From: Spirochaetia bacterium
GTDB lineage: Bacteria > Spirochaetota > Spirochaetia > UBA9216
Length of the DNA: 64,000 bases
NCBI GenBank assembly: GCA_963675665.1
Contig: OY776510.1
Coordinates: forward strand, 1,152,001-1,216,000
Direction: 5' to 3'
Positions 49,083 to 60,400 of the stretch are shown here, piece after piece (the first letter of the stretch is position 1; each line of letters starts with the position of its first letter). The position numbers and the translations under genes are program-made. The notes under the pieces are model-generated. The model had not been told where the DNA came from. It did no database searches and worked only from the letters and a program-made list of their open reading frames with translations.

Positions 49083-50399
49083 TTTAAGCATTTCGAAAAA
49101 ACCGGGATACGTGATGTCGACTGCTTCCGCATCGGTGATAACTGTTTCGCCCTCTGCCGCAAGACCTGCAACCGCGAGAGACATGACCACCCGGTGGTCT
49201 CCATGTCCTTCAACACGGCAGCCGCGAAGCTTCCTGCCGCCCCGGATAACCAGGCCGTCGGGCATTTCACCGATATCGGCCCCGAGTTTTGACAGCTCCT
49301 GCTTCATAACGCTGATTCGGTCTGTTTCTTTCAGACGGGCCTGGGGCACGTTGAAGAGTTTTGTTTCTCCTTCGGCAAAACAGGCAGCGACTGCCATTGC
49401 AGGAAGCGCGTCGGGAGTATCGTTGAGATCGATAGCTGCCGCTTTCAGTTTTTCCGTCCCCGTTATCGTGATTAGTCCCCCGGAAACGCCGTCCGCGGAA
49501 GGCGCGTCAATCGAAATAACGCAACCCATTTTTTCAAGATAACCCAGAACGGCCTTATCTCCCTGACTGTCGGTTATATCGAGGCCGGCAAGCCGCAGTT
49601 TCGAGCCTGTAATAGCCGCGGCGCACAGCGGGAATGCAGCGGACGAAAAGTCTCCTGGAATGACGCTTTCAAAGCATTGATATTTTTGTCCGCCTGAAAC
49701 TGTGAATCTTTTAAAGTCTTCGTTTGAGTATTTTATCTGCTGTTTTTCAAGCCAGCGCAGGGTCATTTCCACATACGGTTTTTCCATCAGCATCGGCACA
49801 TTGATAACGGATACAGGTGGCTTGCTTCCTGCTAAAGCAAGCGGGGTGCAGATCAGAAGAGAGGACAGGTACTGGCTTGTAGGACACTCAATGGATGTTT
49901 CTCCACCTTTGAGAGGACCTTTTACTGTGAACGGCGGACAGCCGTCCGTTCCGGTGATGTTTATTGCAGCGCCGAGGTCCGCCAGCGCATCAAGCAGCGG
50001 TTTCGCCGGGCGGCGGCGTATCTGTTCGTCACCGGTGAAGCGTGCCTCTGAACCTGAAAGGGCCGCAATGCCGGCGGCCAGGTAAAGACTGGTGCCCGAA
50101 TTGCCGACATCGATAGTCCCGATATCTTTCGGAAAAATACCGCCGTTGCCGCGGACTTTCCACATCGGAAGTCCTTCAGGGGTAGTGTTTTCTGTAAAAA
50201 CAGACGCCCCGAATTTCCGGCAGGCATCCATGCAGGAACGAGCATCGGCTGAATCAAGCGGGTTTAAAAGCATGCTTTCGCCCCCGGCCATCGATGCAAT
50301 CAACAGTGCTCTGATAGTATGTGATTTTGACGACGGAACTGTAATGGCTGCAGCATTATTCAGTTTTTTTCCATTCAATCCGGTTATCTTAACATCCAT
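49065..50399 (-). CDS. aroA: 3-phosphoshikimate 1-carboxyvinyltransferase
   Basis: PSSKSHTIR, GNSGT, SQYLSSLL, RLKETDRI, DHRVVMS. Confidence 0.96.
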   Translation of the reverse strand: MDVKITGLNGKKLNNAAAITVPSSKSHTIRALLIASMAGGESMLLNPLDSADARSCMDACRKFGASVFTENTTPEGLPMWKVRGNGGIFPKDIGTIDVGNSGTSLYLAAGIAALSGSEARFTGDEQIRRRPAKPLLDALADLGAAINITGTDGCPPFTVKGPLKGGETSIECPTSQYLSSLLICTPLALAGSKPPVSVINVPMLMEKPYVEMTLRWLEKQQIKYSNEDFKRFTVSGGQKYQCFESVIPGDFSSAAFPLCAAAITGSKLRLAGLDITDSQGDKAVLGYLEKMGCVISIDAPSADGVSGGLITITGTEKLKAAAIDLNDTPDALPAMAVAACFAEGETKLFNVPQARLKETDRISVMKQELSKLGADIGEMPDGLVIRGGRKLRGCRVEGHGDHRVVMSLAVAGLAAEGETVITDAEAVDITYPGFFEMLKSTAAV

Positions 50400-50519
50400 G
50401 GCTCAGTATACATTACAAGCTGTAAACACCTCAACTGAAGAGTATGCCGGGATACAGGTTTTTTATAAGTTCTTCCCGTACTTGGATTAAGAAAATTAAA
50501 AGGTTATACTTGGGCGCTG

Positions 50520-51425
50520 ATGACTATGACTGAAAAAAGAATGAATTCCCAATTATTGCCCCCCCTGTTCATGATAATTTCGGCCCTGTGTTTTGCGCTG
50601 ATGAGCGCTGTTGTTAAACAGGCGCAGGATATTCCATTTATGCAGAAAGTTTTTTTCAGAAATTTCGTAATGGCTCTCCTTGTTCTGCCGGTCCTTTTTC
50701 AAAGGGCCCATGGAGGGGGCGGAAAAAAGGTTTTTTTCGGCTCGCCCGGGAACAGATCCCGCCTTTTAATCCGCTCATTATCCGGATTCCTGGGGGTTAT
50801 TCTGTATTTCTTTTCGGTAGAGAGGCTTCAGCTGGGCGATTCGGCAATGCTTAACAAGTTGTCGGCTTTTTTTGTTATTATCCTTTCGGCCGTCTTTTTA
50901 GGCGAGCGAATTCGGAGGTATCAGCTTCCGGCGCTTGCCGCGGCATTCGGCGGAGCTTTGCTGATCATCAAGCCCGGATTTAATATGCATATAATACCGG
51001 CTGTTGCAGGGTTAAGCGCAGCTGTTCTGGCGGCAGTTGCATATACGATTATTTCATCTCTTAAGGGGAGGGAAGACTCGCTTACCATTATTTTCTGGTT
51101 TTCAGCCATATCAACAATCGGATCGCTTGTTCCTGTTCTGATCATCTGGCAATCTCCCGATACGGCAGAACTGGTTTTTCTTGTTCTGACCGGAGTTTTT
51201 GCCGGGGCCGGCCAGTATTTTCTGACGCTGGCATACTCTACCGGCCCCGCCGGGGAGGTTTCGATCTATAACTATACGCATGTTGTGTTTTCCGCAACGG
51301 CAGGCTTTGTTTTATGGAGGGAGGTTCCGGATCTGTTTTCAATATGCGGAGCCTTGCTGATAATCGGCGCGGCGATTTTTCTTTATCTTATGAGAAGGGC
51401 AAAATATGAATCTCAGGCGAATTAA
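50520..51425 (+). CDS. DMT/EamA-family transporter
   Basis: About 10 TMs, VFFRN, FLGERI, LIIKPG, two-repeat organisation. Confidence 0.9.
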   Translation: MTMTEKRMNSQLLPPLFMIISALCFALMSAVVKQAQDIPFMQKVFFRNFVMALLVLPVLFQRAHGGGGKKVFFGSPGNRSRLLIRSLSGFLGVILYFFSVERLQLGDSAMLNKLSAFFVIILSAVFLGERIRRYQLPALAAAFGGALLIIKPGFNMHIIPAVAGLSAAVLAAVAYTIISSLKGREDSLTIIFWFSAISTIGSLVPVLIIWQSPDTAELVFLVLTGVFAGAGQYFLTLAYSTGPAGEVSIYNYTHVVFSATAGFVLWREVPDLFSICGALLIIGAAIFLYLMRRAKYESQAN

Positions 51426-52389
51426 AAACTCCTGGTTTTTCTCAAACAGACATTATCTGATACCGGTTTTTCTTTTGGCTGCCGCAGTAAACGCCGGAAT
51501 CGCAATTGCCTTTGCGTTTGCGGCTATAGGCATTTGGGTCCTCAATAAAATGCGGGCCAGGCTTCCGATTGATTCCAACCCCGAACAGGAAGCCGAAACT
51601 ATAGTATATCGGACCACAGGAAACACCGGGCTGCGGCTTGATTTATGGAGGCCCGCCGGCGGCAGACCCGGAGCAGCAACAATTATTTTTGCCCACGGAG
51701 GGGGATGGATTAGCGGTTCGCGCAATCAGCCCAATAATGTTTCATGGTGCAGATTTCTTGCTGACAGGGGGTTTTCAGTCGCCTCTATAGACTACCGGTT
51801 TGCATATACGAATAAAATGGAGGACATTATAGATGATTTTTCCACAGCAGTTGATTATATAAGGGAAAACGCGGGCGCGCTGGGACTTTGTAAAAAACTG
51901 GTTTTAATGGGATTGTCCGCGGGGGGACATCTGGCTTTATGTCATGCCGCTTTTAATACATTCAGTCAGGGGAAAACCGCAAAGAAAGCCATGGAAGGTG
52001 TTTGTGGTGTGGTTGCATATTATTCTCCTTCTGATTTGGCGGATCTGTTTTCACCGGACGATAAATCATTCTTTGCCCGCTTCAGCGTCGGAACCGCCAT
52101 GAAGAGTTTTCCTCGATTTGATGAAGAATCGTATGAAAAATATTCGCCGGTTAACAGTTTCACAGAGCGGATGGTTCCGGTAATGGCCGTGCACGGCAGG
52201 CTTGATGAAACAGTGCCGTATTATTCATCGGTGAAAATGATACGAAAGCTGAAGGAACTGGGCGTATCCTGCCGGTTTCTTGTTCACAAGACCGGGGGAC
52301 ACGGTTTTGAGGTCCGCCTGAAAGACTACCGGACAACTCTGATTCTTGAAGAAACGGTAAGATTTATAAGGACGCTGACGTCCGGCTGA
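51406..52389 (+). CDS. Membrane-anchored alpha/beta hydrolase (HSL-like esterase)
   Basis: HGGGW, GLSAGG, HGRLDETVP, GHGF; N-terminal TM. Confidence 0.9.
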   Translation: MNLRRIKNSWFFSNRHYLIPVFLLAAAVNAGIAIAFAFAAIGIWVLNKMRARLPIDSNPEQEAETIVYRTTGNTGLRLDLWRPAGGRPGAATIIFAHGGGWISGSRNQPNNVSWCRFLADRGFSVASIDYRFAYTNKMEDIIDDFSTAVDYIRENAGALGLCKKLVLMGLSAGGHLALCHAAFNTFSQGKTAKKAMEGVCGVVAYYSPSDLADLFSPDDKSFFARFSVGTAMKSFPRFDEESYEKYSPVNSFTERMVPVMAVHGRLDETVPYYSSVKMIRKLKELGVSCRFLVHKTGGHGFEVRLKDYRTTLILEETVRFIRTLTSG

Positions 52390-52409
52390 TGATACAGCCG
52401 GATCAGGGA

Positions 52410-54212
52410 CTAATTTACAGTCAGAACATACCAGTCGATATCCGAATCTGCAAGGGCGCGGTTATATATTCCTCCCACCCCTATATTGACGGGACTATCC
52501 GGGACTCCGTCCGTCATCGAATCATCGCTCTCGTAACTGTCTATCCAGGGAGATTCGGCAGGATTTGTTTCGGTAAAATAGCTGTAGGACGTTGACGGTT
52601 CGCTTACTATCCTTATTCCGTAGGGGCCGATCTGGTTTGATGACGAGCCGCGTACTTTAATGTAGTAGGTGCCGGGGCTTAACCCGTCAGGGAAATCAAT
52701 ATAGGAATATAATAAATGGCTCGGGTTGGAGTTATCATCCGCCGAAAGAGCTCCCGCATCATCATAGGGTGTTTCCGGAGCGGGATCACCGTTTGAATCG
52801 AATACGGCTATGCAGGTGTCAGTATATGTAGTATAGAGTCCCGTAGGTGAAAAAGTTTCAATTACGATACGACTGCTGTCGGAGATTATGCTGACGATGC
52901 CGCTCAAATAATTATTATCTTCGCTGCTTTCTTCAATTTCGGAATCGGCATCGGCAACGGCAAAAATATACCATGTACCTATCACGTCGATTGAGAAAGA
53001 TGTGCTCCATACGTCGTCGATATAACTGCCCGCAGGGATAGAGCCGATGGATTTGCTTCCTATCAGGGTGTCTTCCGTGATATCCAAAACTTCATCTGTG
53101 CTCAGATAGTATTTTAAAGTACTTTCGCCGGAATCTGCTGTGTCGTCTATATTCGATACTCTTGCACCAAGCTCCCATATATCGGAGGGCAATTTGGATG
53201 TGTCCGGAACAGTTATTGATGTAATTGTCAGATCGGGCCCGGTTTCGGGTTCCGTGTCCTGATTAATGGTGAGAACCCCCCGCCGGAAGTCAATTCCGGC
53301 TGTCGCCGTTGTTCCCGACTGGTCAGTTCCCCGAACCAGATACATTTCATTTTCTTCGTCATAGTTTATGCTTTCGGCTTCTGTCAGGTATGTTTCAAAC
53401 CAGTCCAGGAAGAACAATCTTAAACGGTTTAATCTTCGTGAACGGAAATCCGGTCGTCGTTTTTCGTGACCGTAAGGGAAGGGGGCTTTCTTTATTCCTA
53501 TAACACGGGCCCTGCTTACGCTGTACTCTATATCGGCATCCGGCTTCCATAGCCTCCAGTACACTCCTACCGTGGTGCCGGGATCAATAGTCCATTTGCC
53601 GCGGGTGAAGCCTTCTTCATGAACAGCGTTGCCGATTACCATTTTTCCGTCATCGCTGATGCCTGCTACTTCATAGGTCCAGCCGAAACTGTTTTTGAGG
53701 TAGTTCATTCGCTCTGCAGAATCGGGCAGGACGGACGTTCTGTTTTCTGTTTCTTCATTCCATGGAGAATGTATGCTGTCGTCTTTGTGAATTTCCCAGA
53801 TTCCGGGCAGACCGTCCTCGCGTTTGCCGACTATAATTGCTTTAACCGCTGTATCGGGGGTGTCTTCGGGGCTTTCGGGAGGCGTCAGGACGGCAATATC
53901 GACAGCCTCGATACATTTAAAAACCTCTCCGGATGATTCGTCTATGCTTTCTATATCGATATAAAGCCCTTTTTCATTTATATATACGCCTTGAGTCCGG
54001 CCGGTGTCGGTGTCTATAGATAGGGTTCCGGTTTCAGTAGTATTCTCTGCGTCAGCTGCAGGGTTTAAACCGGTTGCGGTCCCGGAATCGCCAGATATTT
54101 CGGTTTGTTGATTCTCCTGAGTTAGAAGGTCTTCGGAAAGCTGAGGCATTGCACATGCCGCTAAAAGAAAAATAAATGAAGCAAATATGTTTATTTTACC
54201 TTTAATTTTCAT
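52410..54212 (-). CDS. Lipoprotein with CARDB and C-terminal PPC-like domains
   Basis: Lipobox LLAAC; PDLTI...YYLSTD...ADADSEIEESSEDNN (CARDB); PGTYYIKV and DIDWY motifs. Confidence 0.75.
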   Translation of the reverse strand: MKIKGKINIFASFIFLLAACAMPQLSEDLLTQENQQTEISGDSGTATGLNPAADAENTTETGTLSIDTDTGRTQGVYINEKGLYIDIESIDESSGEVFKCIEAVDIAVLTPPESPEDTPDTAVKAIIVGKREDGLPGIWEIHKDDSIHSPWNEETENRTSVLPDSAERMNYLKNSFGWTYEVAGISDDGKMVIGNAVHEEGFTRGKWTIDPGTTVGVYWRLWKPDADIEYSVSRARVIGIKKAPFPYGHEKRRPDFRSRRLNRLRLFFLDWFETYLTEAESINYDEENEMYLVRGTDQSGTTATAGIDFRRGVLTINQDTEPETGPDLTITSITVPDTSKLPSDIWELGARVSNIDDTADSGESTLKYYLSTDEVLDITEDTLIGSKSIGSIPAGSYIDDVWSTSFSIDVIGTWYIFAVADADSEIEESSEDNNYLSGIVSIISDSSRIVIETFSPTGLYTTYTDTCIAVFDSNGDPAPETPYDDAGALSADDNSNPSHLLYSYIDFPDGLSPGTYYIKVRGSSSNQIGPYGIRIVSEPSTSYSYFTETNPAESPWIDSYESDDSMTDGVPDSPVNIGVGGIYNRALADSDIDWYVLTVN

Positions 54213-54479
54213 TTTGTAACCTCTTTACCATACTTAAATAATAACCCAATATCTGCATGTTTTCAATCAGGAATCATTTTAAAACAGTCAGTGTCCGGGC
54301 CGGATAGTCCCCTGTTATGCCGTTTTATAGTAAAGCTTAATATGCCGATCTGATAAATAAAGCGATTTAGTTTCAGGAATTAAACATATACAGTTGATTT
54401 AAATAAATGTCCTTAAAAATTGCGGTTTTTAAGTTATAATGATAAAGAAATACAATTGAAAATATTGCAGGGGATAATA

Positions 54480-57400
54480 TTGAGCAGATTCCGTAAAATT
54501 AGCTTTGCCTTGATCTCTTTTTTTATCGCAAGCACCTCAGCTTATACTCTCGATTATACCTGGACCGGAGGCGGGGCTGATGATTTATGGTCTACCGACG
54601 CCAACTGGGATCTTGCCGGATTTCCGGACGATGTAACCGATACCGCAACTATTAACGAGACAGCAATTAACGGAATACCCCAGATTGATAATAACTATAC
54701 AATTAACGCAATTACGGCAGCAGACGGAACGGATATCGATGTTTCGGGAGGCCCCTGGAACCTTATTGTCAGCGGTGACGTTACACTCGGAACGGGAAGT
54801 CTTTCCGCAAGTATCCGGATTGTTATTAATGCCGCATCCACTCTCAGTTCCGATCGTACACTCGAGGATCTGCTTGTCGGAGCTGCAGTTGTTTTGGGAA
54901 CGGATCTTGCCCTGAACGGAGATCTTCAAATCTCGGCAGGTTCTCTGACAACCGGCGCACATTCGCTGGCAGTCGGCGGCACATGCACGGTAGGAGCAAC
55001 TCTTGTCGCTTCCGGGCAAACCGCCGCTGAAGCGACGACCCTGACGGGAGATCTTACTGTTACAGGAACTTTCACTGCAGGAGCCGGAGATATTAACGCC
55101 GGATCTGATGTTGTTTTTACAGGCGGAACATTTACTGCCGGAACAGGCACGTTTAATTTTACCGGCGGGAACGTACAAAGCGTTACAGCAGCCGGCCAGT
55201 CTTTTAACGCGATTCATGCCGGCAAGACAGGGGGTAGTCTGACCTTTTCCGACGCCCTGACCGCATCAGCCGTAACTACCGCGGCGGCGGCTTATGATGT
55301 TGCGTTTAACGGCGCAACCACGACGGTAACGGCCGATGCAAACTTTCTGAACACGGGGACCGTAACCTTCGGCGACGACGGAGACAGCCTCACCTTTACC
55401 GGGGGCCTTTCCACAACGGCTGTGACCGGCGGAACAAATCTTTTCGGAACAGTTTCAACAACTGATACGCAGATGGATCTCGGCGCAGTTACTCTTGACG
55501 GTAATTCAACCGTCGTGGCCGGAACCGGGGCAATAAACATGGCATCGGCGACGGACGGGGCCGGAAGTTTTTCACTGGATCTGCAGAACGGCGCAGCAAC
55601 CGGAACGGTGACGTTTACCGGCAATGTAACAATAAATGATCTGAATACCTTTTCAAGCGGATATTCCGTTGTTTTTCAGGGTGCTTCGAATACAATCGAC
55701 ACTGATACGGACTTTTTGAACACAGGCGGCCTGACCCTCGGCAACGGCGGCGACAGTCTTACCTTCGACGGCGGGCTTTCCACAACGGCTGTAACCGGCG
55801 GAACAACCGTCAACGGAGATATAATTACATCCAACGATCAGATTGATTTCGGGGCCGTGACTTTGGGCGGGGCCTCTGTGATAGATTCCGCCGGCGCAAT
55901 AATCAATATAACCTCGGTGACCGGGGCCGGAAACACCCTCGGGCTTGACGGAGGGGCTACCGGCGCAATAACGGTCAGCGGAGCGGTTGATAACATATTA
56001 CTTCTCACGGTGACCGACAGCGCGAGCATGACCTTTGCAGGAACGGTCGGCGCAGGAACTTCCGGTGCTGTAACGCTGACCAATACCGCAGGAACTGTAT
56101 CTTTTCAGAATAATACTGATATAACGACCCTAACAACAACGGGACAGGGATATAACCTGTCGTTTACCGGCACAGCCACATCGATAAGCAATACGGCAGT
56201 ATTCAACAACACCGGCACGCTTACCCTCGGTAATGCCGGCGATACGCTGACTTTTCCCGGGGGACTTGATTCTTCCGGCGGTCCGGTCGGGACCATTTCC
56301 GTCGGAGGAACAATAAATGCAAACGGCGGAAATGATATAATCCTCGAGTCGGACGACACCATTACAGTGACTGCACCCATGAGCGTAAACGGCGCCGGCA
56401 CGGTCAGTCTCAGCGCCGCCGACGGTATCAGTCTTACAGCCGCAGAAAGCGATATTTCAACTGTCGGCAGAACAGTTACGATTAACGCCGACAACGACGG
56501 GAATAATACCGGCGACTGGACACAATCCGACGCAGGATCGGCAGTGACGAGCTCGGGAGGGGCCGTGTCGATAACGGCTGCGGATATTGCGTTGACAGGT
56601 ACAATCAGTTCCGGCGCCGGGGATATTACCCTGCGTCCGTCGACCGACGCCCGAACAATTGCCCTGAACGACGCAACAGGCAGTTTTTCGCTGGATGCTG
56701 CGGAACTGACGCAGCTTGATTCCTCCGGAACGGTTACCGTCGGACGCACAACCGGAACGGGCACAATAAGCGTCGGTTCGGCGGGAACGCTGAATCTGAG
56801 CGGTGAGACTTACGACCTGACGCTTGAAGGCGCGACATCCGTTACCGACTTTAATTTTGGAGGCGGTAATACGCTTACCCTTGTAAACGGCGGAACTTTA
56901 GATCTTGCAGCCGGAGGAAACGTGACGGCTTCAGGTGTGACCGATGTGACTATTTCGGGCGGGACCCTGCAGCTTTCTTCGGCAGGCAGCGTAACACTTG
57001 TTACCCAGGTTGCTGATCTCGGCGCCGGCACGACTACGGGAGCTGTCGATCTCACCAATACCGATCTCAGCCTTGATGTAACCGGCGCCTTCTCTGCGGG
57101 AAACAACAGTATAACAGTAAACACAGGCACCGGCACCTTTTCCAATTCAACAGGAACTTTTTCAGCCGGAACCCAGTCGGTATCGATAACGGCGGATGAT
57201 GTTAATCTGTACCAGACCCTGACGGGTACCGCGGGCGTTACCATCCAGGCTTCCACCGCCGCCCGGACGATTGATATAGGTACGGATTTAAACCTCGGGC
57301 TGACGGACTCCGATCTCGACAATATATCAACGAATATTCTGACTATAGGTGATGCCCTGGCCGGAGCGGTAACCGTAAGCGCGGCTGTCTCTCCGTCGTC

Positions 57401-60400
57401 GGCAGCTACCCTGCACCTGGTAAGCGACGGCGGGTATACCGACGGCGCCGGAGGCACAATTTCAGTAACGAACCTTGCCGTCAGCGCAGGGGGCGATGTT
57501 GTTCTGGATGCCGGACATTCGGTATTAACGGTTGCAATAAGCGCCCCCGGGCAGGCAATAACCTTTACTGAAGCCGACGGATTTACAGTTGGAACGGTGG
57601 CCGGGGTAGCCGGATTTGACGGAAGCACCGTAACAATAACGGGCGTCGACGGTCATGTTGCCGTTAACGATACGGCCGCAGCCAATGATATTAACGGTAC
57701 GGGCGCAGTTTCCTTCATCCTGCAGGGCGTAAACCGCAGGCTGACTGTGGACGCAGGCGCGGATATTGAAACAGCTGCGGACGGGCTGATTATTGAAGCG
57801 GACAGGATGACCCTGAACGGTTCCGTAACCGGAACAGGCCAGTCAGTAGTGTTGCGGCCCCATACGGCGGGAAGACTGCTTGACCTGGGCGGAGCGGATG
57901 TCATTGCTACGACCCTAGGTCTTACGGATGCCGAGCTTGATAACGTAACGGCGGGAGTTCTTACCATCGGAAATGCCGCAATGGGGGCAATAGACGTATC
58001 GGCGGCGGTTTCCCCCGCCGGAACAAATACCCTTCACCTGATCAGTGATGAGGGCTTTACCGACGATGCGGGGATTACCGTTGCCAATTTAGCCGTTGAC
58101 GGAGACGCGGCTGCAGTACTCGATGCGGGGCATGACGTGGATACCCTGGCCTTTATCCTTACCGACAACGGCGCGGGTTTTACCTTCGTAGACACCGACA
58201 CTCTTGCTGTAGGATCAGTTGACGGTGTAACGGGGGGCGTTACCAACAACGGCGCAATCTCAATTTCTACCCAGGACGGAAGTCTTACTGTAAACCAGGC
58301 GATCAACGCGGGAACACAGACTGTTCAGCTTGAAGCCGGCGAGTCGGTAGAAGGAACCACGGCAAACCTTGTTCTTGATGCGAATATCACCGGCAGTTCG
58401 GTCGCTCTGATCGCAGGAGACGCGCTTAATCAGACGGGGGGTGCGATATCGGCCTCTTCACTTGGAATAGAAGCGGAAACCGTTACCGCGCTGACCCCGC
58501 CGGCAAACCTGTCGACCCTTGCGTTCAATATCACAGGGGCAGGAAATTTCACTTTTACGGATCCTGATGACTTTGCCGTCGGAACGGTAGGGACCGTAGT
58601 AGGCGGAACAACGGCCGACGGAAATATAAGCCTGACTGCTACCAACGGAACGATAACCGTATCGGATAATATAACAGCGGGGGGGACCGGGACGGTTTTA
58701 CTCGATGCAAACGGCGGAACATCCGATATTTCAGTCGGGGCGGTAATAACCAGCAGCAGCGGGATAATTACTCTTAATGCCGATAACGACGTCGGTTTCG
58801 GGGCAGCCGGGTCGATTTCCTCAACTTCCGGAAATGTATCGGTAACAGCCGATGCCGATGCGGCCGCAACAGGAACCAGCGGCGCTGTAACCATGAACGC
58901 CGCATCCTCCGTGAACGCCGGAAGCGGAACCATAAGCCTTTCCGCCGACGAGGGAATTACGCTGTCCCTGCTGCAGACAACGGACAATACGGGAAGCGCC
59001 GTAAGCGTAGTTTCGGGCAACGGAGCGATTGAAGAGGACGGAGATGCCGGGATTGACATTGTCGCCAATTCCGTCGGCGCTGAGGTTACCCTTCAGGCTG
59101 ATACCGGAATCGGGAACGGGGGAACCATTGAGACACAGGCGGCGGCAATAGACGCCCTTAACGGAACAACCGGAGCAATTCAGCTTGATGAAGCCGACGG
59201 ACTGATTATTCTGCAGGCACGGAATGCCGGCGCAGGGGCGATAACCATCAGTACTGCAGGGACAACAACCGTTCAGGCTGCCGGAGGCGGCGTCGTAACC
59301 GGAGGAACCGATGCCGTATCAATCAGTGTCGGCGGCGACGCCTCTCTGACGGTAAATGACGCTGTTGCCTCCGGAGGAAACACAATAAGTCTCAGCGCCG
59401 ATGACGATATAATTTTCGGGGCCGACGGAGACGTCAGTTCAAACGGCGGCGTTGTGACAGTAACTGCCGATAACGACAATGACAATAACGGCAGCGGCGG
59501 CGCTTTGAGCATGAACGACAATACTCTTGTAGACGCCGGCAATGCTGCAATAACATTTAGCGCAGATGAAGATATAACACTCGGTTCAGTTGTAACTACC
59601 GGGGTTGTGGTTGTCGGCTTGACATCCAAAAACGGGGCCGTAGTCGACGGCGGCGATTCTCTTGTCGATGTCGACGCCGCGGCGGCAACCCTGAGTATTG
59701 ATGCTGAAACCGGAATCGGGGACGGCGGCGCAATCGATACGATGGTTGACGTCCTCGATGCTGTAAACGCGACATCAGGGGCCCTTCAGGTGACGGAAAC
59801 AGCCGCAGGAGGGGCGCTGCAGGTTTATCAGGCAGCCCAGAGCAGCGGAGGCAATGCAGTAAATGTGCAGACCGTCAACGGAGATCTTACGGTCACTGCC
59901 GGACAGAGCGGAATCAGTGTGTCCGGCGCGGCTACTGTTACGCTGACGGCCGGAGACAACGACGCTTCAAATGACGATGATCTGATAATCAACGATACCG
60001 TAACGGCCGGAAGCCTGCAGATAACCCTGACATCCCAGTCCAATGACGTAAGATTTGGCGCCGACGGAGACGTAAGCACTGCCGGCGGTGAAATTGAAGT
60101 GAACGCCGGTGCTGCGGGCGCCGGGCTTGTTACCCTGGCAAACGGAACAGTACTGAACGCAGGCGCCGGGCTTATTGATATTAACGGTATCGGAAACGTC
60201 ACCCTCGGACGGCTTGTTACGTCCAACAATACGGCTTCAGCTGTAGATGTTCTGAGCTCGGCCGGGCAGATAATTGACGGCGGAAATTTGGGCGGGGCGG
60301 ACATCGCAGCGACCTGGGCAAACGCCGTAGTAAACCTGAATGCCGCCGGAGCAATAGGCGTCGGGGATGCAATTGATACGGACATAGTTACCCTTACAGG

